Positions 25,275 to 35,120 are shown, numbered from the stretch's first letter. The stretch: DNA of 64,000 bases from Actinomycetota bacterium (GCA_048498715.1 JBEHXL010000009.1:68017-132016), one strand, 5' to 3'. Notes: generated by a model not told the origin, from the letters alone. Program-made: numbers and translations.

Positions 25275-28200
25275 ATGCGCGACTACCTCAAGGCCGTTAA
25301 CGAGCGCGTGGTCGTGTTCGACGGGGCCACTGGCACCAATCTGCACGCCCGCGACCTCACGATCGACGACTACGGCGGTCCGCAGTTCGAGGGATGCCCT
25401 GAGATCCTCAACGTCACCCGGCCTGACGTCATCCGCGATCTGCACGCGTCGTTCTTCGATGTTGGCGTCGACGTCGTCGAGACGAACAGCTTCGGGTCGT
25501 TCTCGACCGTCCTCACCGAATACGGCATTCCCGAGCGCGCCTACGAACTGTCGCACCTTGCGGCGTCGCTTGCGCGTGAAGTCGCAGACTCCTACGACGG
25601 CGAGCGTTTCGTCGCCGGCTCGCTCGGGCCGGGCACGAAGATGGCCACTCTCGGTTGGATCTCCTTCGCCGAGCTGCGCGATTCCTACGAGGTTGCCGCT
25701 CGCGGTCTGATCGAAGGCGGCGCCGACCTGATCATCATCGAGACGTGCCAGGACCTTCTCCAGGTCAAGGCGGCGATGATCGCAGCGCGCCGCGCGATGA
25801 AGGCTGCTGGTCGCGTCGTGCCGATCCAGACCCAGGTCACGATCGAGACAACCGGACGCATGCTCCTCGGCACCGAGATCGGCGCGGCGCTCGCCGCGCT
25901 CTCGCCGATGCGACCCGACGTGTTCGGCCTCAACTGCGCCACCGGACCGAAAGAGATGCACGAGCATCTGCGTCACCTATCGCGGTACTCGCCGTTCCCG
26001 ATCAGCTGCGTACCGAACGCGGGCCTGCCTTCGATCGTCGACGGGCACACGCACTACGACCTCACGCCGGAGCAGCTGGCCGACGCACACGCGCACAACG
26101 TCACCGAGCTCGGGATCACCGTGGTCGGTGGGTGCTGCGGTACCACTCCTGGTCACCTGAAGGCGGTTGTCGATCGCGTGCGTGACCTCACTCCGCTCAA
26201 GCGTGAGCCGATCGTCGAACCGAGCGTGTCATCGCTGTTCAGCGCGGTCCCGCTGCGCCAAGAGACGAGCTACCTCGTCATCGGTGAGCGCACCAACGCG
26301 AATGGCTCCAAGGCGTTCCGCGAAGCGATGCTGGCCGACGACTGGGACACGTGCGAGGCCATGGCGCGCGAGCAGGTGAAAGAGGGCAGCCACGCCGTCG
26401 ACGTCTGCGTGGACTACGTCGGCCGAGATGGCGTGCCGGACATGAGCGAACTCGCCCGCCGCTTCGCCGAGCGCGTCGACGCGGTGATGATGATCGATTC
26501 GACCGAGCCCGAGGTCATCCGCGCCGCGCTCGAACGGCTCGGCCCGCGCGCCATCATCAACTCGGTCAACCTCGAGGACGGCGACGGCGAGGAGACGCGT
26601 TTTCACAAGGTGCTGACGATGGCCGCCGAGTTCGGTGCCGCCGTCGTGTGCACGTGCATCGACGAAGAAGGCCAAGCCCGCACCCCGGAGTGGAAGCTGC
26701 GCGCCGCGCAAAAGATTCGCGACCTGGCCGTCAACCGGTACGGCCTACGCGACGAAGACCTTCTCTTCGACGCTCTCGCGCTCACGATCGGCGCCGGTCT
26801 CGAAGAGTCCCGAGGCGACGGCGCGTCCACCATCGAGGGCATCCGCCTCATCTCGCAGGAGATTCCGAACGCGTTCACGACGCTCGGCCTGTCGAACATC
26901 TCCTTCGGCCTGAATCCGGCCCTTCGCCACGTCATCAACTCGGTGTTCCTGCACGAATGTGTCGAGGCCGGCATGACCTCTGCCATCGCGCACGCCGGTC
27001 GCCTTATGCCGCTAAGTCGGATCGACGACGAGGACAAACAACTCGCGCTCGACCTCATCTACGACCGTCGCCGCTTCAACGAGGACGGCGACTGCGAGTA
27101 CGACCCGCTCACCATCCTTCTGAACAAGTTCGAGGGCGTGAAGGCCGGGGCCATCGAGAAGGAAGACCGCAGCGGATGGCCGGTCGAGGAGCGCCTCAAG
27201 GCGCGCATCGTCGAAGGCGACCGCGCCGGTATGGAAGCCGATCTCGACGAGGCGCTCGCCACCACGGAGGCGCTCGCGATCCTCAACGACACGCTGCTCG
27301 AAGGCATGAAGACCGTCGGCGACCTCTTCGGTCGCGGCGAGATGCAGTTGCCATTCGTATTGCAGTCGGCCGAGGCGATGAAGGCCGCGGTCGCTCATCT
27401 CGAACCGCACATGCCCAAGACCGAGGAGTCGACCAAGGGTCGCATCGTGCTCGCCACCGTCAAGGGTGACGTGCACGACATCGGCAAGAACCTCGTCGAC
27501 ATCATCCTCACCAACAACGGCTATGAGGTGTTCAACCTCGGCATCAAGGTGCCGCTCAACGACATGGTCCAGAAGGCACGCGAGGTCGGCGCCGACGCCA
27601 TCGGCATGAGCGGCCTTCTCGTGAAGTCGACGCTGATCATGCGCGAGAACCTCGAGGAGCTGAACGCGGCGGGTCTGGCGACGGACACGCCGATCATCCT
27701 CGGCGGCGCCGCGCTTACCCGCTCGTACGTCGAGCGCGATCTGCGTGACGTCTACGAGGGCCGTGTCTTCTACGGCAAGGACGCGTTCGAAGGTCTCCAC
27801 ACCCTCGACGAACTCATGACGAAGAAGCGCAGCGGCGAACTTGCGTCGGACACCACTTTCGGCATCGAGGCCGGGGGCCGGGTGCTGCCCAAGCGGGAGC
27901 CGAAGCCCACCGTCGATCCGTCGACGCTGCCTTCGCACGCACCGTCAGTCGTCACTGACAACGAGGTGTTCACTCCCCCGTTCCTCGGCACCCGAGTGAT
28001 CAAAGGCATCGCGCTCGACGACATTGCCGAATACATCAACGAGACGGCGCTGTTCCGCAACCAATGGCAATACCGCCCGGAGAGCGGGGAGAACGACGAC
28101 GAGTTCAAGACTCGAATCCGTCCGGTCCTGCGCGAACGGATGGCCGAAGCGAAGTCGCTCGGCCTGCTCGTGCCCCAGGTCGCGTACGGCTACTTCCCGG

Positions 28201-28748
28201 CGAACAAAGACGGCAACGACATCGTCATCTGGAAAGACGACGACCGGACCGCCGAATGGACCCGCTTTTCGCTGCCCCGTCAGCAGCAGGACCCCTACTT
28301 GTGCATCGCCGACTTCGTGAAGGCCGACGTTCCCGACTACGTCGCCTTCCACGTCGTCACCATGGGCAACGTGGTGTCCGAGCACGCAGCCAAGTTGTTC
28401 GCCGACAACAAGTACACGGACTACCTCCACGTGCACGGCTTGGGCGTCGAGATGGCCGAGGCGCTCGCCGAGCTGTGGCATCGCCGCATCCGTGAGGAGT
28501 GGGGCTTCGCGGACCAGGACGGCCCGACGCTGACCGGCCTGTTCCGCCAGCAGTACCGCGGCGGCCGCTACTCGTTCGGATACCCCGCGTGCCCCGACCT
28601 CGAAGACAACGTCAAGATCAACGAACTCCTCGAGGGTGAACGCATCGGCGTCGAATGCACCGAGGAAACCTCGTTCCAATATCAACCGGAACAGACCACC
28701 TCCGCCCTGATTCTCCACCACCCCCAGGCCAAGTACTTCGTCGCCTGA
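25275..28748 (+). CDS. metH: cobalamin-dependent methionine synthase
   Basis: An 1157-aa protein with all modules: Hcy-binding (GGCCGTTP), pterin-binding, B12-binding (GDVHDIGKN) and the AdoMet activation domain. Confidence 0.97.
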   Translation: MRDYLKAVNERVVVFDGATGTNLHARDLTIDDYGGPQFEGCPEILNVTRPDVIRDLHASFFDVGVDVVETNSFGSFSTVLTEYGIPERAYELSHLAASLAREVADSYDGERFVAGSLGPGTKMATLGWISFAELRDSYEVAARGLIEGGADLIIIETCQDLLQVKAAMIAARRAMKAAGRVVPIQTQVTIETTGRMLLGTEIGAALAALSPMRPDVFGLNCATGPKEMHEHLRHLSRYSPFPISCVPNAGLPSIVDGHTHYDLTPEQLADAHAHNVTELGITVVGGCCGTTPGHLKAVVDRVRDLTPLKREPIVEPSVSSLFSAVPLRQETSYLVIGERTNANGSKAFREAMLADDWDTCEAMAREQVKEGSHAVDVCVDYVGRDGVPDMSELARRFAERVDAVMMIDSTEPEVIRAALERLGPRAIINSVNLEDGDGEETRFHKVLTMAAEFGAAVVCTCIDEEGQARTPEWKLRAAQKIRDLAVNRYGLRDEDLLFDALALTIGAGLEESRGDGASTIEGIRLISQEIPNAFTTLGLSNISFGLNPALRHVINSVFLHECVEAGMTSAIAHAGRLMPLSRIDDEDKQLALDLIYDRRRFNEDGDCEYDPLTILLNKFEGVKAGAIEKEDRSGWPVEERLKARIVEGDRAGMEADLDEALATTEALAILNDTLLEGMKTVGDLFGRGEMQLPFVLQSAEAMKAAVAHLEPHMPKTEESTKGRIVLATVKGDVHDIGKNLVDIILTNNGYEVFNLGIKVPLNDMVQKAREVGADAIGMSGLLVKSTLIMRENLEELNAAGLATDTPIILGGAALTRSYVERDLRDVYEGRVFYGKDAFEGLHTLDELMTKKRSGELASDTTFGIEAGGRVLPKREPKPTVDPSTLPSHAPSVVTDNEVFTPPFLGTRVIKGIALDDIAEYINETALFRNQWQYRPESGENDDEFKTRIRPVLRERMAEAKSLGLLVPQVAYGYFPANKDGNDIVIWKDDDRTAEWTRFSLPRQQQDPYLCIADFVKADVPDYVAFHVVTMGNVVSEHAAKLFADNKYTDYLHVHGLGVEMAEALAELWHRRIREEWGFADQDGPTLTGLFRQQYRGGRYSFGYPACPDLEDNVKINELLEGERIGVECTEETSFQYQPEQTTSALILHHPQAKYFVA

Positions 28749-29209
28749 TGAGCATCTCACTGAATCCGATCGGGTACGTGCGCGGCGGTCGCGCCGAGGC
28801 GATCGACGACAACTGGGGCGACGTCGAAGCAGAGATCGAGCTCGACGCGCTGCAGTTCGACGCCGACGTGACCGCCGGGCTGGGCGACTTCAGTCATCTC
28901 GAGGTCGTGTACGTCTTCCACCAGGTCGACGAGGCGAAGATCGAAACGAAGGCTCGTCACCCTCGCAACAACCCGGACTGGCCGCTCGTCGGGATATTCG
29001 CGCAGAGAGCGAAGGGCCGGCCGAACCGCATCGGCGTCACGACGTGCGAGATCGTGGCCGTCGACGGCCTCCGTGTGACGGTCCGCGGGCTCGACGCCAT
29101 CGACGGCACACCGGTCGTCGACCTCAAGCCGTACATGACCGAGTTCGGCCCCCGGTCGGAGATCCGTCAGCCGGCCTGGTCGCACGAGCTCATGGCCAGT
29201 TATTGGTAG
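28748..29209 (+). CDS. TsaA/TrmO-like SAM-dependent methyltransferase
   Basis: PIGYVR, FSHLEVVYVFH, RPNRIGV, DAIDGTPVVDLKPY. The ATG overlaps the metH TGA (TGATG). Confidence 0.8.
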   Translation: MSISLNPIGYVRGGRAEAIDDNWGDVEAEIELDALQFDADVTAGLGDFSHLEVVYVFHQVDEAKIETKARHPRNNPDWPLVGIFAQRAKGRPNRIGVTTCEIVAVDGLRVTVRGLDAIDGTPVVDLKPYMTEFGPRSEIRQPAWSHELMASYW

Positions 29210-29242
29210 GGCCACGATCGACCAACCAAGCCGGGCACCTCG

Positions 29243-29290
29243 CTTGTTGGTCAGTGGTGGCCCCCTGTGGGGCCACGATCGACCAACAAG
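29243..29290. terminator. two-step hairpin between the convergent tsaA-like and egtB genes
   Basis: Outer 10-bp stem 29243-29252 / 29281-29290 and inner 8-bp stem 29257-29264 / 29269-29276. They are separated by a 4x4 internal loop, with apical loop ctgt. Confidence 0.45.
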
Positions 29291-29299
29291 CGTGACCGG

Positions 29300-30502
29300 T
29301 TACAGGTCGCGGGCCAGGCGCACGCCGCTGAAGGCCCACCGGCAGTGCGGGCCGAAGAAGTTGCGGTACGTCGGGCGGGCGTGGCCTTTCGGCGTGGCGC
29401 AGCACGAGCCCTTCAGGACCTGCTGGTTGATCATGAACTTGCCGTTGTATTCACCGACGGCGCCCGCCGCTGGCGCGAAGCCCGGATACGGCGAATACGC
29501 CGATGCCGTCCACTGCCACACCGAGCCGTACCACTCGTCGTCGACGGGATGCAGCCGCTTGAGGTCCAGACCCGAGCGGGCGGGCACCTTCTTCGGTGCG
29601 GCGATCTCCCACTCCGACTCGGTAGGTAGGCGCGCGCCGGACCAGCGAGCGAACGCATCGGCCTCGTACCAACTCACGTGGACGACTGGCTCATCGTCAC
29701 GTACGGCGAGGGGGCCTCCCATCGTGAAGGTCATCCATTCGTCGCCCTCGCGCCACCAGTACAGCGGCGAATCCCATCCGTCGGCCTTGACCCGCGCCCA
29801 TCCGTCGCTCATCCAGAACTCGGGCCGCTCATAGCCGCCGTCGTCCATGAAGGCGAGCCACTCGCCGCACGAGACCAGCGACTCCGAAATCTCGAACGGC
29901 TGCAGGAACGTCTCGTGGCGCGGTGATTCGTTGTCGAAGAAGAACTCGTCGCCGGCGTAACCCACCTCGGCGACGCCGCCGTCGTGCTGGGTCCAGATGC
30001 CGACCTTCGGCCGGTCGATCGGCTGGTCCCACCAGCGAGCCTTGCCGTAATGCGGCTGAGTCGGGTTCATCGCGAGGACGTGCTTGATGTCCATCACGAT
30101 GAGTTCTTGGTGCTGTTGCTCGTGGTGGAGGCCGAGGGTGACGAGCTCGGGTGCGAGCCCGCGCTCGAGCAAGACGTGCATGTTCTCGTCGACGTAGTGG
30201 CGGTAGTCCCCGATTTCCTTCGCTCCCGGGCGGGTAAGCAGACCGCGCTCGTTGCGCGCGTGGCGCGGCCCGATGCCCTCGTAGTACGAGTTGAAGAGGA
30301 ATCGGTAGTTCGGGTCCCACGAGCGGTAACCCTTCAAGGAAGGCTCGAGGAGGAACGTCTCGAAGAACCAGGTGGTGTGCGCCCGGTGCCACTTGGTGGG
30401 TGACACATCCGCCATCGACTGGACGGTCTGGTCTTCGGCCGACAACGGCTCAGCCAACGCCTCTGTCAGCCTGCGCACTGCGTCGTAGTCGAGTGGTTTC
30501 AC
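29300..30502 (-). CDS. egtB: hercynine oxygenase / sulfoxide synthase
   Basis: DinB-like N-terminus (SPTKWHRAHTTWFFE, LFNSYY) plus an FGE-sulfatase-like C-terminus. The GTG start overlaps the egtD stop (GTGA). Confidence 0.88.
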   Translation of the reverse strand: MKPLDYDAVRRLTEALAEPLSAEDQTVQSMADVSPTKWHRAHTTWFFETFLLEPSLKGYRSWDPNYRFLFNSYYEGIGPRHARNERGLLTRPGAKEIGDYRHYVDENMHVLLERGLAPELVTLGLHHEQQHQELIVMDIKHVLAMNPTQPHYGKARWWDQPIDRPKVGIWTQHDGGVAEVGYAGDEFFFDNESPRHETFLQPFEISESLVSCGEWLAFMDDGGYERPEFWMSDGWARVKADGWDSPLYWWREGDEWMTFTMGGPLAVRDDEPVVHVSWYEADAFARWSGARLPTESEWEIAAPKKVPARSGLDLKRLHPVDDEWYGSVWQWTASAYSPYPGFAPAAGAVGEYNGKFMINQQVLKGSCCATPKGHARPTYRNFFGPHCRWAFSGVRLARDL

Positions 30503-31458
30503 AAATGCACCCCGGCGAGAGTCAACAGGAAGTCTCCTGCCTCGTCCGTCCACTGATCCAGCACCTTCAGTCCGGCCGCGGCGAGTTCACGATTGACGCC
30601 CGCCGGAGTGAATTTGGCGCTGATCTCGGTGCGGATCGATTCGCCCTCCGCGAATTCGATGTCGATGCCGAGCGCCTCGAGGTGGACGTGCTGCGCAGTC
30701 AGCGACACCAAGCGCATCTCGATCCAGTTCTCGTCTTCGTTGTACAGCGCAACGTGACGGAACATCTCGACGTCGAAGTCGGCACCGAACTCCCGGTTCA
30801 GCCGCGTCAACACGTTCAGGTCGAACGCCGCGGTGACGCCCTGGGCATCGTCGTAGGCGGCGACCAGACGGTGACGGTCCTTCTGCAGGTCGGTGCCGAG
30901 CAGGAAGGTGTCGCCGTCCTTCATGCCGGATCGGATCGTGTTGATCATCTCCGCCCGTGCCATCGGCGCGAAGTTGCCGATCGTGGAGCCGAGCAGGGCG
31001 ATCATCTGCTTGCCCGTCTTGGGGAGATGGACGAGGTCGGAGTTGAAGTCGCCGACGATGCCGTGCACGTCGAGCCCGGGGTACTCGGCCACGAGTGCCT
31101 CGCCGGCCTCGCGCAGGGTCGATTCGGCCACGTCGAAGGGCACGTACGTCGCGGGCATCGACATCACGTCCAACAGGAAGCGCGTCTTCTCCGAGTTACC
31201 CGATCCGAGCTCGACGAGGGTGTCGGGTTCGGCCATGGCCACGATTTCCTTGCCCCGCTCCCGCAGGATCGAGCGCTCTGCCTTGAAGGGGTAGTACTCG
31301 TCGAGTTTGGTGATCTCGTCGTAGATCTCACAGCCGCGCTCGTCGTAGAACCACACGGGCGACAGCACCTTGTGCGTCGCCGTGAGGCCTTCGATGAGTT
31401 CTTCTCTGAGCGCGACAGAAGCCGCGTCTTCGTCGAGGAATACCTCAACCCGCATCAT
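30499..31458 (-). CDS. egtD: L-histidine N-alpha-methyltransferase
   Basis: WFYDERGCEIYDEITKLDEYYPFKAE, LVELGSGNSEKTRFLLD. Start at ATG 31458 or 31455. Confidence 0.9.
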   Translation of the reverse strand: MMRVEVFLDEDAASVALREELIEGLTATHKVLSPVWFYDERGCEIYDEITKLDEYYPFKAERSILRERGKEIVAMAEPDTLVELGSGNSEKTRFLLDVMSMPATYVPFDVAESTLREAGEALVAEYPGLDVHGIVGDFNSDLVHLPKTGKQMIALLGSTIGNFAPMARAEMINTIRSGMKDGDTFLLGTDLQKDRHRLVAAYDDAQGVTAAFDLNVLTRLNREFGADFDVEMFRHVALYNEDENWIEMRLVSLTAQHVHLEALGIDIEFAEGESIRTEISAKFTPAGVNRELAAAGLKVLDQWTDEAGDFLLTLAGVHL

Positions 31459-31528
31459 GAGCAGCGTAGGCAAGGGGTGTGACATCGGGAAGCAGTACCC
31501 CCGAAATCACGCCGCGTTACAGAAAAGG

Positions 31529-32404
31529 TCACCCACCTAGTACGGCGCGGGCGACCAGATCGGTTCCAAATCCCGTCAAAATCGCGAGGTACAGCAGGCC
31601 CGTAGCGGCCATGACCGCGCTGTACGACCGCTCTTTGAGCGCCGCGTTGGTGACCGCGCAGAGCGCGATTGTCGTGATCGCGCACGCGATCCAGAACCAG
31701 CCGAGCATCCCGCCGTAGCCGTCGTCGATGCGACCACTGAAAACCGAGAACATGCCCGTCGGAAGCAGCAAGAACACCACCTCGACGGGCCATATGCGTG
31801 CGATCCAGTTGTTCAGTTCGAACAGCGGCGTTCGAGGCAGGCCGGGCTGCACGAGGTACCAGTGCCCAAGCAGCATCGCGTTCGTGACCGCGCCCAGGAA
31901 CGCCGCGCCGGTCACTGTGCGCGCGACGGAGAGCAACGTCGTACCCGTCCCGCCGTGCGCGTCAGCGACGCCAGCGGCGATCAGACCCACGAGCCCGACA
32001 ACGGGCGCCACGAGATCGAGAACGGGCGGAAATTCATCGCCCGTCGGCACGGTGTCCACGAACGTCTCGTTGCTGACCGGGTGGTCCAGCATCGCCTGGA
32101 CCCGCGCCTGACGCGCCGCAGCGACGTCTTTTGCACCCGACACGCCTGCCTTGCGCCGGACGATCGACACGATCAACGCGAGCCCGGCCGCGAGGATCAC
32201 CCCGGCGCTTGCAAGCTCACGGACCGCGACGGTATCGACAGCCATACCCGCGGCGATCGAGCCACCGGCCAACGTCATGAAGACCGAGCGGTTCAGCCAG
32301 CCGTAACCGATGCCGAGCAGCCGGCCGCGGGTGGTGACCCACGTGAAGAACAGTCCGCCGACGGCCCACTGGAGAAGGACAGTTGCGGCGTCGAGCTTGA
32401 TCAA
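31529..32404 (-). CDS. polytopic integral membrane protein, unknown function
   Basis: About 7-8 hydrophobic segments. The TTG start at 32404 overlaps the upstream stop (TTGA). The N-terminal part of the 384-aa ORF is Arg-rich shadow. Confidence 0.55.
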   Translation of the reverse strand: MIKLDAATVLLQWAVGGLFFTWVTTRGRLLGIGYGWLNRSVFMTLAGGSIAAGMAVDTVAVRELASAGVILAAGLALIVSIVRRKAGVSGAKDVAAARQARVQAMLDHPVSNETFVDTVPTGDEFPPVLDLVAPVVGLVGLIAAGVADAHGGTGTTLLSVARTVTGAAFLGAVTNAMLLGHWYLVQPGLPRTPLFELNNWIARIWPVEVVFLLLPTGMFSVFSGRIDDGYGGMLGWFWIACAITTIALCAVTNAALKERSYSAVMAATGLLYLAILTGFGTDLVARAVLGG

Positions 32405-33498
32405 ACGATCACGAGGTCGTGGTTCGACCCGTTGAGCGCGATCGGTCCGTCCTCGCTGGCGATGACGATGTCTTCCAGACGCGCCCCGAACCGGCCGGGC
32501 AGGTAGATACCCGGCTCGACCGAGAATGCGTTGCCCGCCTCGAGCGGTGTCTTGTTGCCCTCGACCAGGTACGGATCTTCGTGCACGTCGCGACCGATGC
32601 CATGACCCGTTCGGTTCGTGAAGAACTCGCCGTAGCCGGCGTCGGCAATGACGTCGCGTGCCGCCGCGTCGACCTCCGCGCACGGTGTCCCGATGGTCGC
32701 CGCCGCCACTCCGGCGGCGTGGGCCTCGGCGATCACCGCGTACATCTCTTGCATCTCGGGCGACGGCTCGCCGGTGACGACAGTCCGCGTGGTGTCGGAG
32801 CAGTAGCCGTCGAGGATGCCGCCGAAGTCACACACAACCATTTCGTCGCGACCGATGATCCGATCGCCGGGTTCGTGGTGCGGTGAGGCCGAGTTCGGGC
32901 CCGACGCAACGATCACGAACGCAACCTTGTCGTGGCCTTCGGCCACAAGGCGGCGACCGATGTCGCCCGCGACTTCCGCCTCGGAGCGACCGACGAGTTT
33001 GATCTCGCCGCTGTGAATCGCATTGGCCACGCGGTCAGCCGCCGCGCCGGCGCGCGTGAGCGCGTCGATTTCTGCTGCGTCCTTGGCGGCGCGCAGCGGG
33101 CCGGTGATCATCGACGCCGGTAGCCAGCGACGCGCGGGCAGTTCGTCCTGCAGCGCAAGGAGGAACTGTGACCAGGTGTGGTTCCCGATGGCCATGGTGA
33201 TGCGGGGACCGATGAGGCCGGCGACGATCTCGATCGGGTTGTCCGTCTCGTTCCACGGCAGCAGCTTGAACAGTTCGGGCCGCTCCTCTACGCGCGGCGC
33301 TTCGAGACGCGGCACGACGAGGGTCGGCTCCTCCTTGGCCGGCACGACCAGCATGGTGAGCCGCTCGAGTGGCATAGCCTCGTAGCCACACAGCCACGGC
33401 AGATCCGCCCCCACTGACAGGAGAAGCGCGTCGATTGCCATGTCGGTCATCCGGTGGCGCACCCGCGCCAAACGATCCTGGAAGGCAGCTGCGCTCAC
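32401..33498 (-). CDS. Xaa-Pro aminopeptidase/dipeptidase (M24B)
   Basis: Creatinase-like N-domain plus a pita-bread domain (HGIGRDVHEDP, FSVEPGIY). Confidence 0.88.
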   Translation of the reverse strand: MSAAAFQDRLARVRHRMTDMAIDALLLSVGADLPWLCGYEAMPLERLTMLVVPAKEEPTLVVPRLEAPRVEERPELFKLLPWNETDNPIEIVAGLIGPRITMAIGNHTWSQFLLALQDELPARRWLPASMITGPLRAAKDAAEIDALTRAGAAADRVANAIHSGEIKLVGRSEAEVAGDIGRRLVAEGHDKVAFVIVASGPNSASPHHEPGDRIIGRDEMVVCDFGGILDGYCSDTTRTVVTGEPSPEMQEMYAVIAEAHAAGVAAATIGTPCAEVDAAARDVIADAGYGEFFTNRTGHGIGRDVHEDPYLVEGNKTPLEAGNAFSVEPGIYLPGRFGARLEDIVIASEDGPIALNGSNHDLVIV

Positions 33499-33509
33499 GG
33501 CGTCAGACG

Positions 33510-35120
33510 CTAGTGACTCGGTGCCAGAGAAGCATCAGCGGCCGACCGGGCGTGATAGCTCGAACGGGTCAGCGGTGAGCACTCGACGTGCGCGAAGCCG
33601 AGCGCTTCGGCATCCGCCTTCAACGACGCGAACTCCTCGGGCGTCCACCACCGGGCGACGGGCAGATGGTGACCGGTGGGCCGCAGGTACTGACCGATCG
33701 TCGCGATGTCGACGCCGACCGACCGCAGATCCGTCAACGCACCCACCACCTCATCGTGCGTTTCGCCGAGCCCGACCATGAGACCGGACTTGGTGACGAG
33801 ACCGGCGTCTTTGGCCCGCGCCAGCACCGCCAGGCTGCGGGCGTATCCGGCGGACGGGCGCACAGCGCGTTGCAGCCGGGCAACGGTCTCGAGGTTGTGG
33901 TTCAACACGTCGGGACGAGCGTCGAAGATCGTCGCGAGCGACAGGACGTCACCCTTGCAGTCGGAGATGAGCAGCTCGATGTTGGTTTCGGGTGCACGCT
34001 CACGAATTGCGGCAACGGTCTGCGCAAACGCGCCGGCTCCCCCATCGGCCAGGTCGTCACGAGCGACACACGTGATGACCACGTGCTTGAGGCCGAGCTC
34101 GAGCGTGGCCTCGGCCACGCGGCGCGGCTCATCAGGATCGAGCGCCTCCGGCTTGCGGGTATCAACGAGGCAGAATCCGCACGCACGCGTGCACCGCTCG
34201 CCGTTGATCATGAACGTGGCCGTGCCGTCGTTCCAGCAGTCGTAGATGTTCGGGCAGCCCGCCTCTTCACACACCGTCACGAGGCCGTTGCTGCGCATCG
34301 TCTTCTTCAGCGCCTGGTACTCGGGGCTGAAATCGGCCTTGACCCGCAGCCACTCCGGCTTGCGCTGCTCGATGGGCAGCGACGTCGAGATGTCGACACC
34401 GGCTGCGTTGAGCCGGCCCAGCAATCGCACCGGCGCTGAGCTTCCCTCCGAGTGCGCCCGACTGAACGCGCTCAGATCGTCGGGACGGTGCACCCATGCG
34501 ACGTCGGCGCGATCGGTCGTGCCGAACAGCCGCGCCACGACATCGGAAACCTGCTGCAGCGACGCATCCACGCCTTCGTTCGCCAGCGATGTGACCGGGT
34601 AGTCCGGAATGCCGCAGGGCACGATGTGGTCGAACCACGACAGGTCGGTCGACACGTTCAGGGCGAAGCCGTGCATGCTGCGCCCCCGACTGACTCGCAC
34701 GCCGATCGCGGCGATCTTGCGGGGCGCGCTGTTCACGTCGAGCCAAACGCCCGGGAACCCGTCGAATCGCGATGCGTTCGGCAGTCCTAGTTCTGCGAGC
34801 GCGTCGATCAGTACCTGCTCGATGCGGTGCACATGGTTCGGGATCGCATCCGTGCCCATCTGGACGTTCATGACCGGATAGCCGACGAGCTGGCCCGGGC
34901 CGTGGAAGGTCACGTCGCCGCCACGGTCCGTCCGCACGAACGCGGCGTCGACGGTCTCGGGCGACACGAGGATGTTCGCCGGATCGGTGCGGACACCGAG
35001 CGTGTAGGTAGGTGGGTGCTCGACCAGCAGTAGCGCGTCGTCGTCGGCCCTCTCCCACATGGCGCGCATGAGCGCGTGCGCCTCGCTGTACGCGACGCGT
35101 CCGAGCCAGCGCGTTCTCAC
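33510..35120 (-). CDS. lipB-lipA: single-polypeptide fusion of octanoyltransferase (LipB) and lipoyl synthase (LipA)
   Basis: A continuous 536-aa ORF. The N-terminal half is LipB-like (VEHPPTYTLG, RGGDVTFHGPGQLVGYP, PCGI). The C-terminal half is LipA-like (KPEWLRVK, CEEAGCPN, CTRACGFC radical-SAM motif). Confidence 0.9.
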   Translation of the reverse strand: MRTRWLGRVAYSEAHALMRAMWERADDDALLLVEHPPTYTLGVRTDPANILVSPETVDAAFVRTDRGGDVTFHGPGQLVGYPVMNVQMGTDAIPNHVHRIEQVLIDALAELGLPNASRFDGFPGVWLDVNSAPRKIAAIGVRVSRGRSMHGFALNVSTDLSWFDHIVPCGIPDYPVTSLANEGVDASLQQVSDVVARLFGTTDRADVAWVHRPDDLSAFSRAHSEGSSAPVRLLGRLNAAGVDISTSLPIEQRKPEWLRVKADFSPEYQALKKTMRSNGLVTVCEEAGCPNIYDCWNDGTATFMINGERCTRACGFCLVDTRKPEALDPDEPRRVAEATLELGLKHVVITCVARDDLADGGAGAFAQTVAAIRERAPETNIELLISDCKGDVLSLATIFDARPDVLNHNLETVARLQRAVRPSAGYARSLAVLARAKDAGLVTKSGLMVGLGETHDEVVGALTDLRSVGVDIATIGQYLRPTGHHLPVARWWTPEEFASLKADAEALGFAHVECSPLTRSSYHARSAADASLAPSH

